Origin: Anthoceros angustus
Taxonomy: Eukaryota > Plantae > Anthocerotophyta
DNA: 64,000 nucleotides
Assembly: GCA_010909165.1 (NCBI GenBank)
Contig: MU008165.1
Coordinates: forward strand, 558,001-622,000
Reading direction: 5' to 3'
A program made the translations under genes and the position numbers. This document shows positions 35,262 through 48,300 of the stretch, piece by piece. Every line of letters begins with the position of its first letter. The stretch's first letter is position 1. The notes under the pieces were generated by a model, which did no database searches, was not told the origin of the DNA, and worked only from the letters and a program-made list of their open reading frames with translations.

Positions 35262-36737
35262 GAGTTTTAGTAGCACTCCTGATTCGTGCTTGTATGATCA
35301 GGCTTGTGGCTTTCCAGGCCTTGGTATCCTCCATTCTCTTCAGGGTTGCCTACTTCTGTGGAGTAGACTTTTTTTTTCAGCGGGCCAGTCGCAAGAAGTC
35401 TTCACTTTTCTTGATAGGAATTAGACCCTGAAATCTTCTGGACACCTGAAGGATGTGGAAGTCTTAGATCCATCGGGACAGGGTGGTATATACTAGTTTG
35501 TCCGTTCAGGGTTTTATGTCCGTGCTATGTTCTGTCAGTTGGCTCTTGTGGCTAGACAATGCTTTTACTCAGTTAGCACTAGTTGTAGTTTTAACTGTTG
35601 GTGCATCCGTGTATGGCCTGGATATTAGCACTATGCCCTGATTGCTTCAGATGTCTTCTACCTTTTGCTTCCTTCTATGTGTTCAATAGGCGAGTGATAG
35701 AACGATAGAACGAACAGGTCCGTACGGAGTCATTTTTTGTTGCCTCAGTCGGTCCTGAATGCTGAACAGTCTGATAGGAATCCCACTTGGAATCCCACGT
35801 CTACTCATGCCCTGATTGCTTCAACTACGGTGTGCTTGTGTTTCCATTCTGCCTCGATGTTATGTTCCATCACGCGGAGGAGGCCGATAGGGAGTCAATT
35901 TTCTGTCATTTGGTCGGTTCTGAACTGGCTCCTGGCCTAGCCTCTTGCTTTTGGCCTGCTTTCTTGCTTTTGTGGTATATAACATTTAGGGATAAGATTC
36001 TGGGCCCTGTTTCTTCTCATCGTAACATTTAGAGCTGTCCAGCAGTTTTGGGTTTCGGAGACTTCAGCTTAAATGTAATGCGTTGTTTACTTTTTCGGTC
36101 CGCCCTGGTTTAGGCGCATCGTGATATCTGTTGTGTGAGATTATCCACTTTGAGATTGCGTAGTAACCTCCCATGTCTATCCTCCCTTTAACCCTAAAGG
36201 ACGAACCTACTCAAAATAAGTATTCGTCCCTACCCTTTCAGCCGGATTCTTAGAGCAGGAAAAAAGTGACACCATTTCCATGACAGTGAGATTCTGAAAG
36301 ATGCCTCGAACGAAGGCCATCTTACATGCGAACTTGAACCAAGGCCAGACCACATGCGAACGGCCGAATTGTCCGTTTCCTGACCTACGATGCTAGTGAT
36401 TTTTTTTGAGGATATCGATTTTTTGTGACGATGCCATGGCTTTTGCCAGGCTCAACCAGCTCTTTGTCATGCTCCTCCCCCATGCTCTCCCGTCTCTCTT
36501 TGTTCCCCAGTGAAAATGCTCTCCCGTGTCACCGTGAGCATGAGGTGCCACAGCGCATTGAAAATTTGTGGAATGGCGTCTCAGTCCCTGTCTTTTATAG
36601 AAACGAATGAGCGACTCCAACTATGCATGATGGTAATTGTGGGAGTGAAAACAAGGTCACCTGCGTTTAGATATGCATGGATACCGGTAGCTAAAGTTCA
36701 GCCCAAAACCCAGAAAACAGTCTTCGTCCTTTAGGGG

Positions 36738-38224
36738 TTAATACAGGGCAGCTATGGCTGGACAGCAGAAGACCTCAACCTCCACCAGAGTAACCACCCT
36801 ATCGTCGCCGAAAAGCGAGTCCTTCCCGTCGGGTCTGAAAGCATACGACAGGCCTAGGCGCGATTTCGCCTCCCGCAAATCGCCTCCACCGGAATTGGTG
36901 TCTGGCCCTGCAAACCCCCCCATGACCGGTGCCTTGGGAGGCCCGATCAAGAGCCCGTCGGCGCCGAACTGAGGCCCGCCACGCGCGTAGTCGAACAGGG
37001 CAGCGCCGCTGCCTCCCACCTTCCGTAACACGACGGGTGGGTCATCGGAGCGCTCGACGCTGTCCCAATAGAACAGGAAGGCGTCGAAAGTGTCGTAATA
37101 GTCGTCCGTGCTGCGATATCCTTCCGGGTTGAACGCGCCGAAGCGGAATCCGGTAGCGGATGCAGCCACCACGACGCAAGGCCCTGTGAAGTCGCAGCGC
37201 TGGTGGAAGCGCGCAGCTTCGAATCCGTCGCGGGACGCTTTGTAGCAGCACCGCAGCTCCCTGCCTGGCAAACGTAGATTGAAACATATTTGTGAAACCC
37301 GTTGAAGCGCAGACACAGATTAGTCTGAAGCACCTCGCTGCAAGAACCTTGAGTCACGTTCTATCCTACTACAACATACGAGCAAGCCACCACTGGTTCT
37401 TCCAAATCACAAGGAAGAAACTGATGTCTCCTTATATCAGATTCAAACACACAGGCAAGCACTGTTTCGTCCGAATCGCAAGAAGAAGCTGATGTCTCCA
37501 TGTATCAGATTCCCAACACACAAGCAAGAAACCACTGCTTCTTCCAAACCACAAGGAAGAACTGATGTTGCTTTGTATCGGATTCCAAGACGCAAGCAGC
37601 CACTGCGTCTTCCAAATCACAAGGAGGAAACTGATGTCGCGCAGTATCGGATTCCAACACAAGCAGCCATTGGTTTTCAAAAATCAGAAGGAAGAAACTG
37701 ATGTCGAGTTGTATCGCATTCCAACACACCAGCAGGCACGGGTTCTTCCAAATCACAAGGAAGAAACTATGCAGGCACGGGTTCTTCCAAATCACAAGGA
37801 AGAAACTATGCAGGCACGGGTTCTTCCAAATCACAAGGAAGAAACTATGTCGCAACGTTACAATGCCTAATCAGACAAGAATGAAGTTGGTAGCAGCAGA
37901 CGGATCTGGATGTCCTAGCTCCCTCTAAGATTCACCTGCCAAGAAGGTCCCGGAGAGCAGCGAGGCGGGAAACGGCAACTGGATGTCTTCGTGGAGCAGC
38001 AGCTTCGGCTGTAGCGGCTCTTGCTCAGGCTTCTTTCTGAACAGACCCCCGAATAGGCAGCGCACAGGCCTTCCACGGCCGGATTGCGTTTTTACGGTCC
38101 GTTTGATGCTCGTCCTCCATCTTTGGAGCTTAAGGTGAGCGTGAGTGCGGGAAGAAGCGCAGGGATTGGACGAAAGGATCGGGGTGGAAATCAAGCAGTT
38201 GCTGTGGCTACACGTTAAGGCCAT
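36738..38224 (-). CDS. TLDc-domain protein with N-terminal transit-peptide-like exon, 2 exons
   Basis: Exon 1 (38224-37936) is Ser/Arg-rich and ends GTFLAG. Intron 37935-37265 is GT-AG. Exon 2 reads [33 protein letters not shown]...FGAFNPEGY...[11 protein letters not shown]...VEVEVF, which are TLDc motifs. Confidence 0.9.
37380..37860. repeat. Intronic minisatellite of about 60 bp (core ttccaaatcacaaggaagaaactgatgtc)
   Basis: About 7-8 degenerate tandem copies inside the TLDc intron. A related array lies at about 51080-51470. Confidence 0.9.
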
Positions 38225-38625
38225 GGAACTGACTCCGACTCAGCATGCTTCACTGATGTCCGTGCGTTTCCCGCCTTGGGTTCATAGTCTCAGCGCAACA
38301 CGAAAGGGTTTAGGGTTAAAGCTTGTGCACTGCGGGATGGAAAGAATTGGACCGTCGCACCGGAGTTTGAATGTGTCATGCCCGACGCCAAGGAAATCAA
38401 TTCCCACACTGCAGCTGCTTCCAAGAGTGGTATAGGCGGTTGCCAAGTCTGCAAACGGCAACAGAGCCCAGCAGATCCAGATGTCGGCCTGGTAATTCCC
38501 TGGTTTTAGCAATTCAGGTTACAATGACATGCTAGAGGTTGCAGTGATTGAATATTTCGTGTTTGCTGGCAAATTTGCAAGAAGGCTGTTGGGGGAGGTG
38601 GTTGCTCATAGAAGTTGGAAATGTG

Positions 38626-41600
38626 TGCTCTGTTGCTGGTTCTGTGTCGACTCCTAGAAAAACCCTGCGTGGCTGCAGTGTGGGGATGCAAGATGTTCAG
38701 AGGCAGGCAATGTCGGTGTATGGTGTAGCAGGAAATCACCGAGGCAAGTGGATCTGGCAGTCGTAAGGGTCTCTGAAATGTTGCAGCGTAGCGTAGCATA
38801 ACATTATGCAGTGTAGCATAACATTATGTTTGTTTTGGCATATCCTTGTTGACCTTTCTGGATGATGCAGTTTGCCAAGGATTGAAGACGACCTGTAGTC
38901 TGATGCATGGGGCAAACTTCGTACTGAAGGACGCCTTACTCAGGAATTTCATGCTGTGGATCTTTGGAGACGGGGAGGATTGTTTGCGTCCAGAGCTCGT
39001 CTGTGCCGTCTCCTGAAAGGGTGCATTGAGAAGAAGGATCTGGAACTGGGCACGCGAGTCCATGCCTTTTGTGTTGAATGTGGCGATGGGTCCAACTCGT
39101 TTCTGACAGTTCTGCTAATCCGGAGGTATGCATTGCATGGGAGTTTGTGGGAAGCAAACTAAGTGTTCAGCAAGCAACATGCACTTGATTCGTTTGTGTG
39201 GGCGTCGATTGCTTCGGCACATGTTGAGCTTGGGAAAGCTCAGCAGGTGCTGGAGCTGTACCAACAGGTGCGGCAGACAGCCATTAGGCCCAATGACTAC
39301 ACTATTGTGGCTGTGCTTAAAGCTTGTGCACTGCAGGATGGAAAGAATTGGACCGTCGCACCGGAGTTTGAATGTGTCATGCCCGACGCCAAGGAAATCA
39401 ATTCCACTGCAGCTGCTTCCAAGAGTGGTATAGGCGGTTGCCAAGTCTGCAAACGGCAACAGAGCCCAGCAGATCCAGATGTCGGCCTGGTAATTCCCTG
39501 GTTTTAGCAATTCAGGTTACAATGACATGCTAGAGGTTGCAGTGATTGAATATTTCGTGTTTGCTGGCAAATTTGCAAGAAGGCTGTTGGGGGAGGTGGT
39601 TGCTCATAGAAGTTGGAAATGTGTGCTCTGTTGCTGGTTCTGTGTCGACTCCTAGAAAAACCCTGCGTGGCTGCAGTGTGGGGATGCAAGATGTTCAGAG
39701 GCAGGCAATGTCGGTGTATGGTGTAGCAGGAAATCACCGAGGCAAGTGGATCTGGCAGTCGTAAGGGTCTCTGAAATGTTGCAGCGTAGCGTAGCATAAC
39801 ATTATGCATACTGTAGCATAACATTATGTTTGTTTTTGGCATATCCTTGTTGACCTTTCTGGATGATGCAGTTTGCCAAGGATTGAAGACGACCTGTAGT
39901 CTGATGCATGGGGCAAACTTCGTACTGAAGGACGCCTTACTCAGGAATTTCATGCTGTGGATCTTTGGAGACGGGGAGGATTGTTTGCGTCCAGAGCTCG
40001 TCTGTGCCGTCTCCTGAAAGGGTGCATTGAGAAGAAGGATCTGGAACTGGGCACGCGAGTCCATGCCTTTTGTGTTGAATGTGGCGATGGGTCCAACTCG
40101 TTTCTGACAGTTCTGCTAATCCGGAGGTATGCATTGCATGGGAGTTTGTGGGAAGCAAACTAAGTGTTCAGCAAGCAACATGCACTTGATTCGTTTGTGT
40201 GGGCGTCGATTGCTTCGGCACATGTTGAGCTTGGGAAAGCTCAGCAGGTGCTGGAGCTGTACCAACAGGTGCGGCAGACAGCCATTAGGCCCAATGACTA
40301 CACTATTGTGGCAGTGCTTCAAGGTTGTAGCAGCAGATCCGACCTGGCAATGGGCAAGCTAGTTCATGCTAATGTAGTTGTTTCAGGCTTGGAATCAGAT
40401 GTGTTTGTTGGGACTACCCTTGTGGACGTCCGCCAAATGTGGGAGCTTGGAGGATGCTCGGAAAGTATTTGATGCCATGCCAACAAAGACTTAAAGTACC
40501 TGGAGTTCTTTGATTGCTGGATATGCCCACCATGGACAAGGTGAGGAAGCTCTGCATCTCTTTTCCAGCATGGAACAGAAAGGCATGACTGCAGACAAAC
40601 TCACTTTTGTAGTTGTCCTGAACGCATATGTCAGTATTACTGCCCGTCAGGAGGGCACTCGGATCCATGCCCAAATTGTGGAAGCAGGACTGAATACAGA
40701 CATGTTTGTTGCAAGCTTGTTGACATGTATGTAAAGTGCTGAGGCCTGGTACATGCTCGCACAATCTTCGACGTTTTGCCTACCAAGGATGTGGTGATAT
40801 GGGGTGCAATGCTCGCAGGATATGCTCAGCATGGCCTTGGTGCAGAAGCGCTCGAACTTTATGCAGGCATGCCACAGTAAGATGCCAGACAACACTGTTG
40901 TAGTGGTTGGCATGCTGAAAGCATGGGGGCTATCAAGGAGGGAACGGAAATCCATTCTCGGATTCAAGAACGATGTCTTGATGCGAGTGCTCCATTTGAC
41001 ATGTATGTAAAGTGCTGAGGCCTGGTACATGCTCGCACAATCTTCGACGTTTTGCCTACCAAGGATGTGGTGATATGGGGTGCAATGCTCGCAGGATATG
41101 CTCAGCATGGCCTTGGTGCAGAAGCGCTCGAACTTTATGCAGGCATGCCACAGTAAGATGCCAGACAACACTGTTGTAGTGGTTGGCATGCTGAAAGCAT
41201 GGGGGCTATCAAGGAGGGAACGGAAATCCATTCTCGGATTCAAGAACGATGTCTTGATGCGAGTGCTCCATTTGACATGTATGCAAAGTGCGGGAGCCTG
41301 GCGAATGCTCGGAGTGTATTTAACAGTCTGGCCAACTGGAATGCTGTGACATGGAACGCTATGATTGCAGGATACGTTCAGGAAGGACTGGGCCAGGATG
41401 CGGTTGGCCTACATACAGACATGCAGCAGGATGGTGCTACAGTGGCCAGTGACAGCACGTTTGTGAGCATTTTGAAAGGCTGTGGCAGCCTGGGGGCTAA
41501 TTTGCAATGCAAGGAAATACATGCGCAGATCCGAGAAAGGGGGTTTAGGTAACCAGGATCACTGGGACCAGCCTGGTGGACGTGCGCAAAATGCAGGAGC

Positions 41601-42270
41601 TTGGTGGATGCTCGCAAGTTGTTTGACAGATGTCCGCCAGAATCAAGGGCACTTTGAATGCCATGATCGCTGTCTATGGCTAGCACAACAATGACTGCAA
41701 AGTGGGCATGCAGGGCTTCGAGGATCTGGCACAACATGGAGTGAAACGCGATGCTGCAACGTTCATGTCGTTGCTTGTTGCGTGCAGTCATGTGGGCTAT
41801 GTGGACGAGGGGCGGCAATACTGTATGAAGATGGTCGAAGAGCATGGCATCACCCAACTGCGGAACACTATCACTGCATGGTTGATCTCCTTGCCGTGGA
41901 GGTCACCTCGAGGACGCAGAGTCTCTGCTCCTGTCCACGCTCCAGTCCAAAGAGGACACCGTGGGTTGGACAGCGTTACTCAGCTCCAAGGAGCCTGAAT
42001 TTCCAGATGCGAGAGGACGAGGCCCATATGGATTTGGTCTCCGAGCCCATCACTGACAGGGAGAAGGAAGATGCCTTGTGTGGGCATGCTGAATCGCTGG
42101 CTGTTGCCTTTGGTCTCCTCAACACGGCTGAAGGCTCAACTCTGTTGCTGACCAAGGATCTGCGAATGTGCAACGACTGCGACAACGGCACTAAGATACT
42201 CTCCAGGCTTGAAAGACGAGAGATCGTTGTCAGTGATGCTCCCACCATGTGGCTTTTCTCCACATAGTCA
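38626..42270 (+). pseudogene. Pseudogenised duplicate of the DSR-type PPR-DYW:KP gene at 52.4-55.4 kb
   Basis: Collinear similarity to 52441-55355 with stops, frameshifts, deletions and two internal tandem duplications. The deaminase motif reads GHAESLA...CNDCD (His lost) and the terminal segment is deleted. Confidence 0.9.
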
Positions 42271-42679
42271 AGGATTTGGGCACAACACGGAAACCGAGAT
42301 ACGAAGCAGGTTCGAATTTTTTCTCTCTTTCAGTATTCCAGTCTTCTTCTACGTAAGTCTCCGGAGTTCTTTCAGTGGTGGAGATTTCTCAATCGGCTTT
42401 TTATGCGGGTTCGTATAACTGCAGATGGACAGCGTCTTTGACACTCCATCCAGTCTTCGCGTTAGGTTTCATTCTGGAAGCCCTCGAAGTCATCAACAGG
42501 CTCCGAGTCTCATGTCCTCTCGCGTTTCCGCAGGCACGCGGTGTATGCGGTGGTGTCAGGCGGGTCTGGTGGTATCTGGCGGTGCAGCGCCGGATACCAC
42601 TGGACTGGCTTGCTGGAGGGAATGTGTGGGTTTCCTTACTTCTCCGGGGGCGCTGTCTTGTTTGTGCAGCTTGAGGCGA

Positions 42680-43100
42680 GAAGATCGCGTGGGCTTACGG
42701 TATGTGCGAATCTTGTGGACGTTTCGACGGCGTTTGCGTCTTCTGTTGTTCAGATTGGTGACTTGTCTCGTCTCTTGCAGATCCGTTCGCTGACTCGAAT
42801 GTTGACGGTTCTGGGGCAGGGTCCAAGGACTCTGTGCAAGTCCGCGTGCCGCAGCGGAATGGTGGAAAGAGTCTGACTATTGTGCAGATATTGAAGAAAG
42901 AATTCAATTACAACAAAATCCTTAAGGATTCCAAGAAGGTAGGTATTGGGAGCTCTTAGGCCCATCCCATTTTCTTTCTCACCACGAGATCTGTGTGAGC
43001 GAGTCTTCTGATGTGAATCTGCGGTGCAGGAATTCTGCTGCAATGGGACCGTGGTGCAGGACACGGAGCTTGGTGAGGTGATTCGGCTGCAAGGGGACTA
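42680..43100 (+). pseudogene. eIF1/SUI1 pseudogene
   Basis: Similar to 56100-56620, but the ATG-containing segment is deleted (AGAT microhomology), with frameshifts and a premature TAG after LQGD. Confidence 0.88.
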
Positions 43101-43743
43101 GTTCCTGGGGCTGTTGAGCCTTCCGAACCCTCTGTTGTTTGTGGTAAGTGGCGGTCCCACGGTCTGGCGATTTCTAAAGCTGTAAAGTCTTATTGTGATC
43201 CTAGTTTGGTTCATACTAACTTATCGAGATTAAATTGAGAATTTTTGAGATTATACGAAGCCCAAAGACTATATATGTACTGCTCATCACTTGAAATTTG
43301 ATCACAAAGAACACCTTGAACACTTTGTTGCCAGTGTTTGTACGTTCCTTTTTTAGGTTCTTGCTGGAGTGCTCCAAGTATTTTTTTTTGAGGTACCTCT
43401 ATCTTTAAGTTATGTTTCTAGTGGGTACCTGTTAGGTACCTCTAATACATGTTGCTAGGTGATAGAAATATCATTTTATCCTTTGGCAACCGAAAGACCC
43501 TAGGGGATGCCGATTATTAATTTAGCGACTTGTTAGTTTGATATATTTGTCTCTCGGGGCTGTGTGTGTGATGGGCTTGTGAGTGTGCGTTTTCGGTTTC
43601 TGGTCGTTGTGCTTGTCTTGCTGGGATTTAAGTGTTGGGATTGGTGTTGGAGGTGCCCTCGCTCTCATTCCGCTGTGCCGAGCACAGGCGAGAGGATGCT
43701 TAGGTCTGTGTGCTTGTTGCCAGGGCTAGAGGAAGAGGCAGCC

Positions 43744-44441
43744 ATGTCTAAGGTGAAGTTGATGAGTTGGGATGGCAAGATGTTTGAGGTTGAGGAAGCT
43801 GTTGCGCAAGAGAGCCAGACACTGAAGCTTCTGATTGAAGACATGGGCGTTGAAGACCCTATCCCACTCCCTAATGTGAACGGGGAGATCTTGGTGAAGG
43901 TAATTGAGTATTGCAAGTATCATGTGGAGGCAGTGAAATCGTCTGAGGACAAGCCGGCAGCTATCGACGAGATCAAGGGCTGGGATCGAGAATTCATGAA
44001 GGTCGACCAGGCAACCCTGTTTCACCTTCTCATGGTGAGTAAACTGGCATTATCTCTGTTGAAGTTGATGCGAGTTGGCGGTTGGAATGAGGTTTTGTAT
44101 GCCACAGTTCTGCCGTCGTAGCCACTGTGGTCGTAGTGTGTCATGGGGTGCAGGTGATACTGGTTTTGGTTTGGGTCACGTGAAAAAAGGGTTCATCAGG
44201 CTTTGAACAAACCAGCAGGAGCTTTTCCTGTACGGGGTGGTAAACCTGTGTTTGTGCTGTGGAGCAGGCTGCCCATTACCTGAACATCAAGAAGCTGCTG
44301 AATTTGACCTCCCTAACCGTGGCAAATATGATCAAGGACAAGAGCCTTGAGGAGGTTCAGCAGATATTCAAAATAAACAATGACTTCACTCCTGTGGAGG
44401 AAGAGGAAGTTAGAGGGGAGAATCAGTCGGGCTCCGATTAG
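43744..44441 (+). CDS. SKP1: Divergent SKP1-like paralog, 2 exons
   Basis: Exons 43744-44034 and 44268-44441, with the same intron position as the 34.5 kb copy and an open frame. The C-terminus is altered (...[12 protein letters not shown]). Confidence 0.88.
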
Positions 44442-45305
44442 GAGTCTCAGTAGTACTCCTTATTCGTGTTTCGGTGTTTGTATGATCGGGCTTATGTCCA
44501 CCATTCTCTCCAGGGTTGCCTACCATTGCGGAGTAGAACTTTTCCTTCAGCAGGCAAGGCGCAAGTAGTTTTGAACCTGAACCCTGATAGCTTCTCGACA
44601 CGTGAAGGATGAGGAAGTAAGGATCACATCTGCCGGTGCGGGCTGGTATGCGTCGGTGTGTCCGTGTATAGCTTTTTGCCCTCGCCCATTTGTCATTCTG
44701 TGGTGGCTAGACAAAGCTCCTACTCAGCTGGCTCTAGTTGTTTTTACTGTTGGTGCATCCGTGTGTGGCCTCGATATTACTGGATGTTATCACTTTGCCT
44801 TGATTGCTGTATAAATTCTTTATTTGGGGACACTTCCCTGTTGTTTAATCGAGAAGCACTTGTCCAACTCCCACTTCGTCGTGACAACTGCCAGTGTTTG
44901 TCAAAAGCCTGCTGCTCTAGTGACCCATTCCTCTGATGGCCGTTGTCTGTACACGTGCATAGTATCAAGAGATTCGTGAAAGGTGTCTGCAGGATCGTCC
45001 ACCTTTCATCCGATCTGTATCAAAGCCACCAGCTACCCTAATTCTGAGGAGTCTTGCGTTGAGATCGCTTTTACAGACACAAGTGTGAGAATGCTGTATG
45101 AAGCCTGGAGTTGTTTTAGTTTCATCTGAACCATCGTTAGTACGAAGGCCAAGTCTGGATACTTAGCTGAAAAGGGCCTGTGGAGTACGTGGCCAGGTCC
45201 TTATCCCGATCCATCCTTTCACAGGCCTTACGCAAGCAAACTCATCCCTCAGAAAAAGGGAAATTCCCTGGCGTACCCACTTAACCACTGGCAAGTTCTC
45301 CCTTC

Positions 45306-48300
45306 TCATGGTCGACCCTTACAACTGCAACAACCATTTGCGAACCGATGCACACGGTACCCATCCCGTCCAACAATATCTCTTTGTTCAAGCCTTGACA
45401 TGATCTCCGTAGAACTGTGGCAGTCACTGCACATGCGTAGATTCTTCGTTACCACCAGAGGTGTCCCACTCGGAGTGTTCAACAGACCAAACGCTAGAGC
45501 TAGCTTCTCAGCATGCCCACAAAGGGCATCTTCTTTTTCCTTCTCACACAGTGGCTTCAGCACCAACTTCGTGTGAGGCACGTGGCCTCCTTCCTGCTTC
45601 AGACGTGCACTCGTGCTCTCCACCTTGCAAAATATCCTCTTCCTTTCTCCCACCAGAAATCTATGAACCTGCCGATTCACCTCAATGGTCGCCACTGCAG
45701 GTTTCTTGTTAGCTCCTGCTACTATTCTCTGTGTTTCAATCCTGTCTACATCGGTCCACCTACCTGCATCTGCATACATTGGCCATGAGCACATACGCAG
45801 ATGCCCTTTGAGGCTCCAGCCTAACAATGCTTTCAAAACACCACACCGCCCTCTCTATATCCCCGTGACTTTTGCAGGCATTCAACAAAGACGTCAAGCC
45901 CACAACATTACTTTGGCCCTCACATGATAATAGCATCTTCTTTTCCTTCTCACACAGTGGCTTCAGCACCAACTTCGTGTGAGGCACGTGGCCTCCTTCC
46001 TGCTTCAGACGTGCACTCGTGCTCTCCACCTTGCAAAATATCCTCTTCCTTTCGCCCACCACAAATCTATGAACCTGCCGATTCACCTCAATGGTCGCCA
46101 CTGCAGGTTTCTTATTAGCTCCTGCTACTATTCTCTGTGTTTCAATCCTGTCTACATCAGTCCACCGACCTGCATCTGCATACACGTTGGCCATGAGCAC
46201 ATACGCAGATGCCCTTTGAGGCTCCAGCCTAACAATGCTTTCAAAACACCACACCGCCCTCTCTATATCCCCGTGACTTTTGCAGGCATTCAACAAAGAC
46301 GTCAGGCCCACAACATTACTTTGGCCCTCACATGATAATAGCATCTTGCGTGCCTCATCTAAATGGCCAGCACGCCCAAGAAGATCCATTGCGGTTACAA
46401 TTTCAGCTGCGGCCTTGGGCGCCATGCCTCACAGCAACCTCCCTTGCCTCGCGCCTCGAATCGGTGATGCCTCGCCTGAAATTCTTGGCGGGTCAGTCTC
46501 CCAGGGTTCCTACCTCCTCAGCAACCGCGCCACCGCCCGTTGAGCCCTCCTCCTTCAGCGTCGCGGCTCGCGACCTCACTGGCGAGGGTCTGGGCTGCCC
46601 CTCCTCGCGATTGCGCCCTCATGCCCTTCAGCAGACCGCGGTATCTCCAGGCCCAGCTCCTCGACGTCCTCGCGCTCCAGCCGCCGCGTTGCGCCCGCTC
46701 CCACTCGGAGTGTTCAACAGACCAAACGCTAGAGCTAGCTTCTCAGCATGCCCACAAAGGGCATCTTCTTTTTCCTTCTCACACAGTGGCTTCAGCACCA
46801 ACTTCGTGTGAGGCACGTGGCCTCCTTCCTGCTTCAGACGTGCACTCGTGCTCTCCACCTTTTGCAAAATATCCTCTTTCCTTTCGCCCACCACAAATCT
46901 ATGAACCTGCCGATTCACCTCAATGGTCGCCACTGCAGGTTTCTTATTAGCTCCTGCTACTATTCTCTGTGTTTCAATCCTGTCTACATCAGTCCACCGA
47001 CCTGCATCTGCATACACGTTGGCCATGAGCACATACGCAGATGCCCTTTGAGGCTCCAGCCTAACAATGCTTTCAAAACACCACACCGCCCTCTCTATAT
47101 CCCCGTGACTTTTGCAGGCATTCAACAAAGACGTCAGGCCCACAACATTACTTTGGCCCTCACATGATAATAGCATCTTGCGTGCCTCATCTAAATGGCC
47201 AGCACGCCCAATGGCCATTGGGCGGTTACAATTTCAGCTGCGGCCTTGGGCGCCATGCCTCTACAGCAACCTCCCTTGCCTCGCGCCTCGAATCGGTGAT
47301 GCCTCGCCTCGAAATTCTTGGCGGGGTCAGTCTCCCAGGGTTCCTACCTCCTCAGCAACCGCGCCACCGCCCGTTGAGCCCTCCTCCTTCAGCGTCGCGG
47401 CTCGCGACCTCACTGGCGAGGGTTCGGGGCTGCCCCTCCTCGCGATTGCGCCCTCATGCCCTTCAGCAGACCGCGGTATTCTCCAGGCCCAGCTCCTCGA
47501 CGTCCTCGCGCTCCAGCCGCCGTTGCGCTCCGCTCCTCACTCTCGCTTCAACCTCCGTTGCGCGTTTGCGACCCTCCTGAACTAGTCCCTCATGACTGCA
47601 TGCTACTAGAAGGCAAGTAAAAGTAGCATCATCAGGCTGAACACCGGCAACTAACATCTCCTCAAAACAAGCTAGTGCCTTGTGACCTTCATCACTAGCA
47701 CCATACCCAGCAATCAGCGCTGTCCATGTCACCACATCCTTGTGGCCATGCTGTCAAAAACCTGGCGTGCATCTTCCAGTTCGCCACATTTCGCATACAT
47801 GTCCACCAGGCAGTTGCCCACCACTATGTCATCCAGCAGTCCTCTTTTGACAATCTGTGAGTGCAATTGCATGCCCTTCTGTAAAGCACCAGTGCTTGCA
47901 CAAGCCTTCAGAAGGCAAGAAAAGGTGACATGGTCAGCCAAAATGAGGCCCGCCTCCTCCATTTGTCCATACACAACAAGCGCCTCTGGGCTGAGTCTTT
48001 GCTCTGCATACCCAGCAATCAGGGCATTCCATGTCACCACATCCTTTGTGGCCATGCTGTCAAAAACCTGGCGTGCATCTCCCAGTTCAGCCTCCTCCAT
48101 TTGTCCATACACAACAAGCGCCTCTTTGCCGAGTCCTTGCTGTGCATACCCATCTATCAGCGCTGTCCAAGTCACCACATCCTTTGTGGCCATGCTGTCA
48201 AAAACCTGGCGTGCATTCTCCAGTTCGCCACATTTCGCATACATGTCCACCAGGCAGTTGCCCACCACAACGTCATCCAGCAGTCCTCTTTCGACAATCT

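Noticed and set aside
37380-37860. Repeat-spacer appearance suggesting a CRISPR array
   Set aside because: Eukaryotic intron, degenerate repeats, linkers related to each other and no cas genes; it is a minisatellite.
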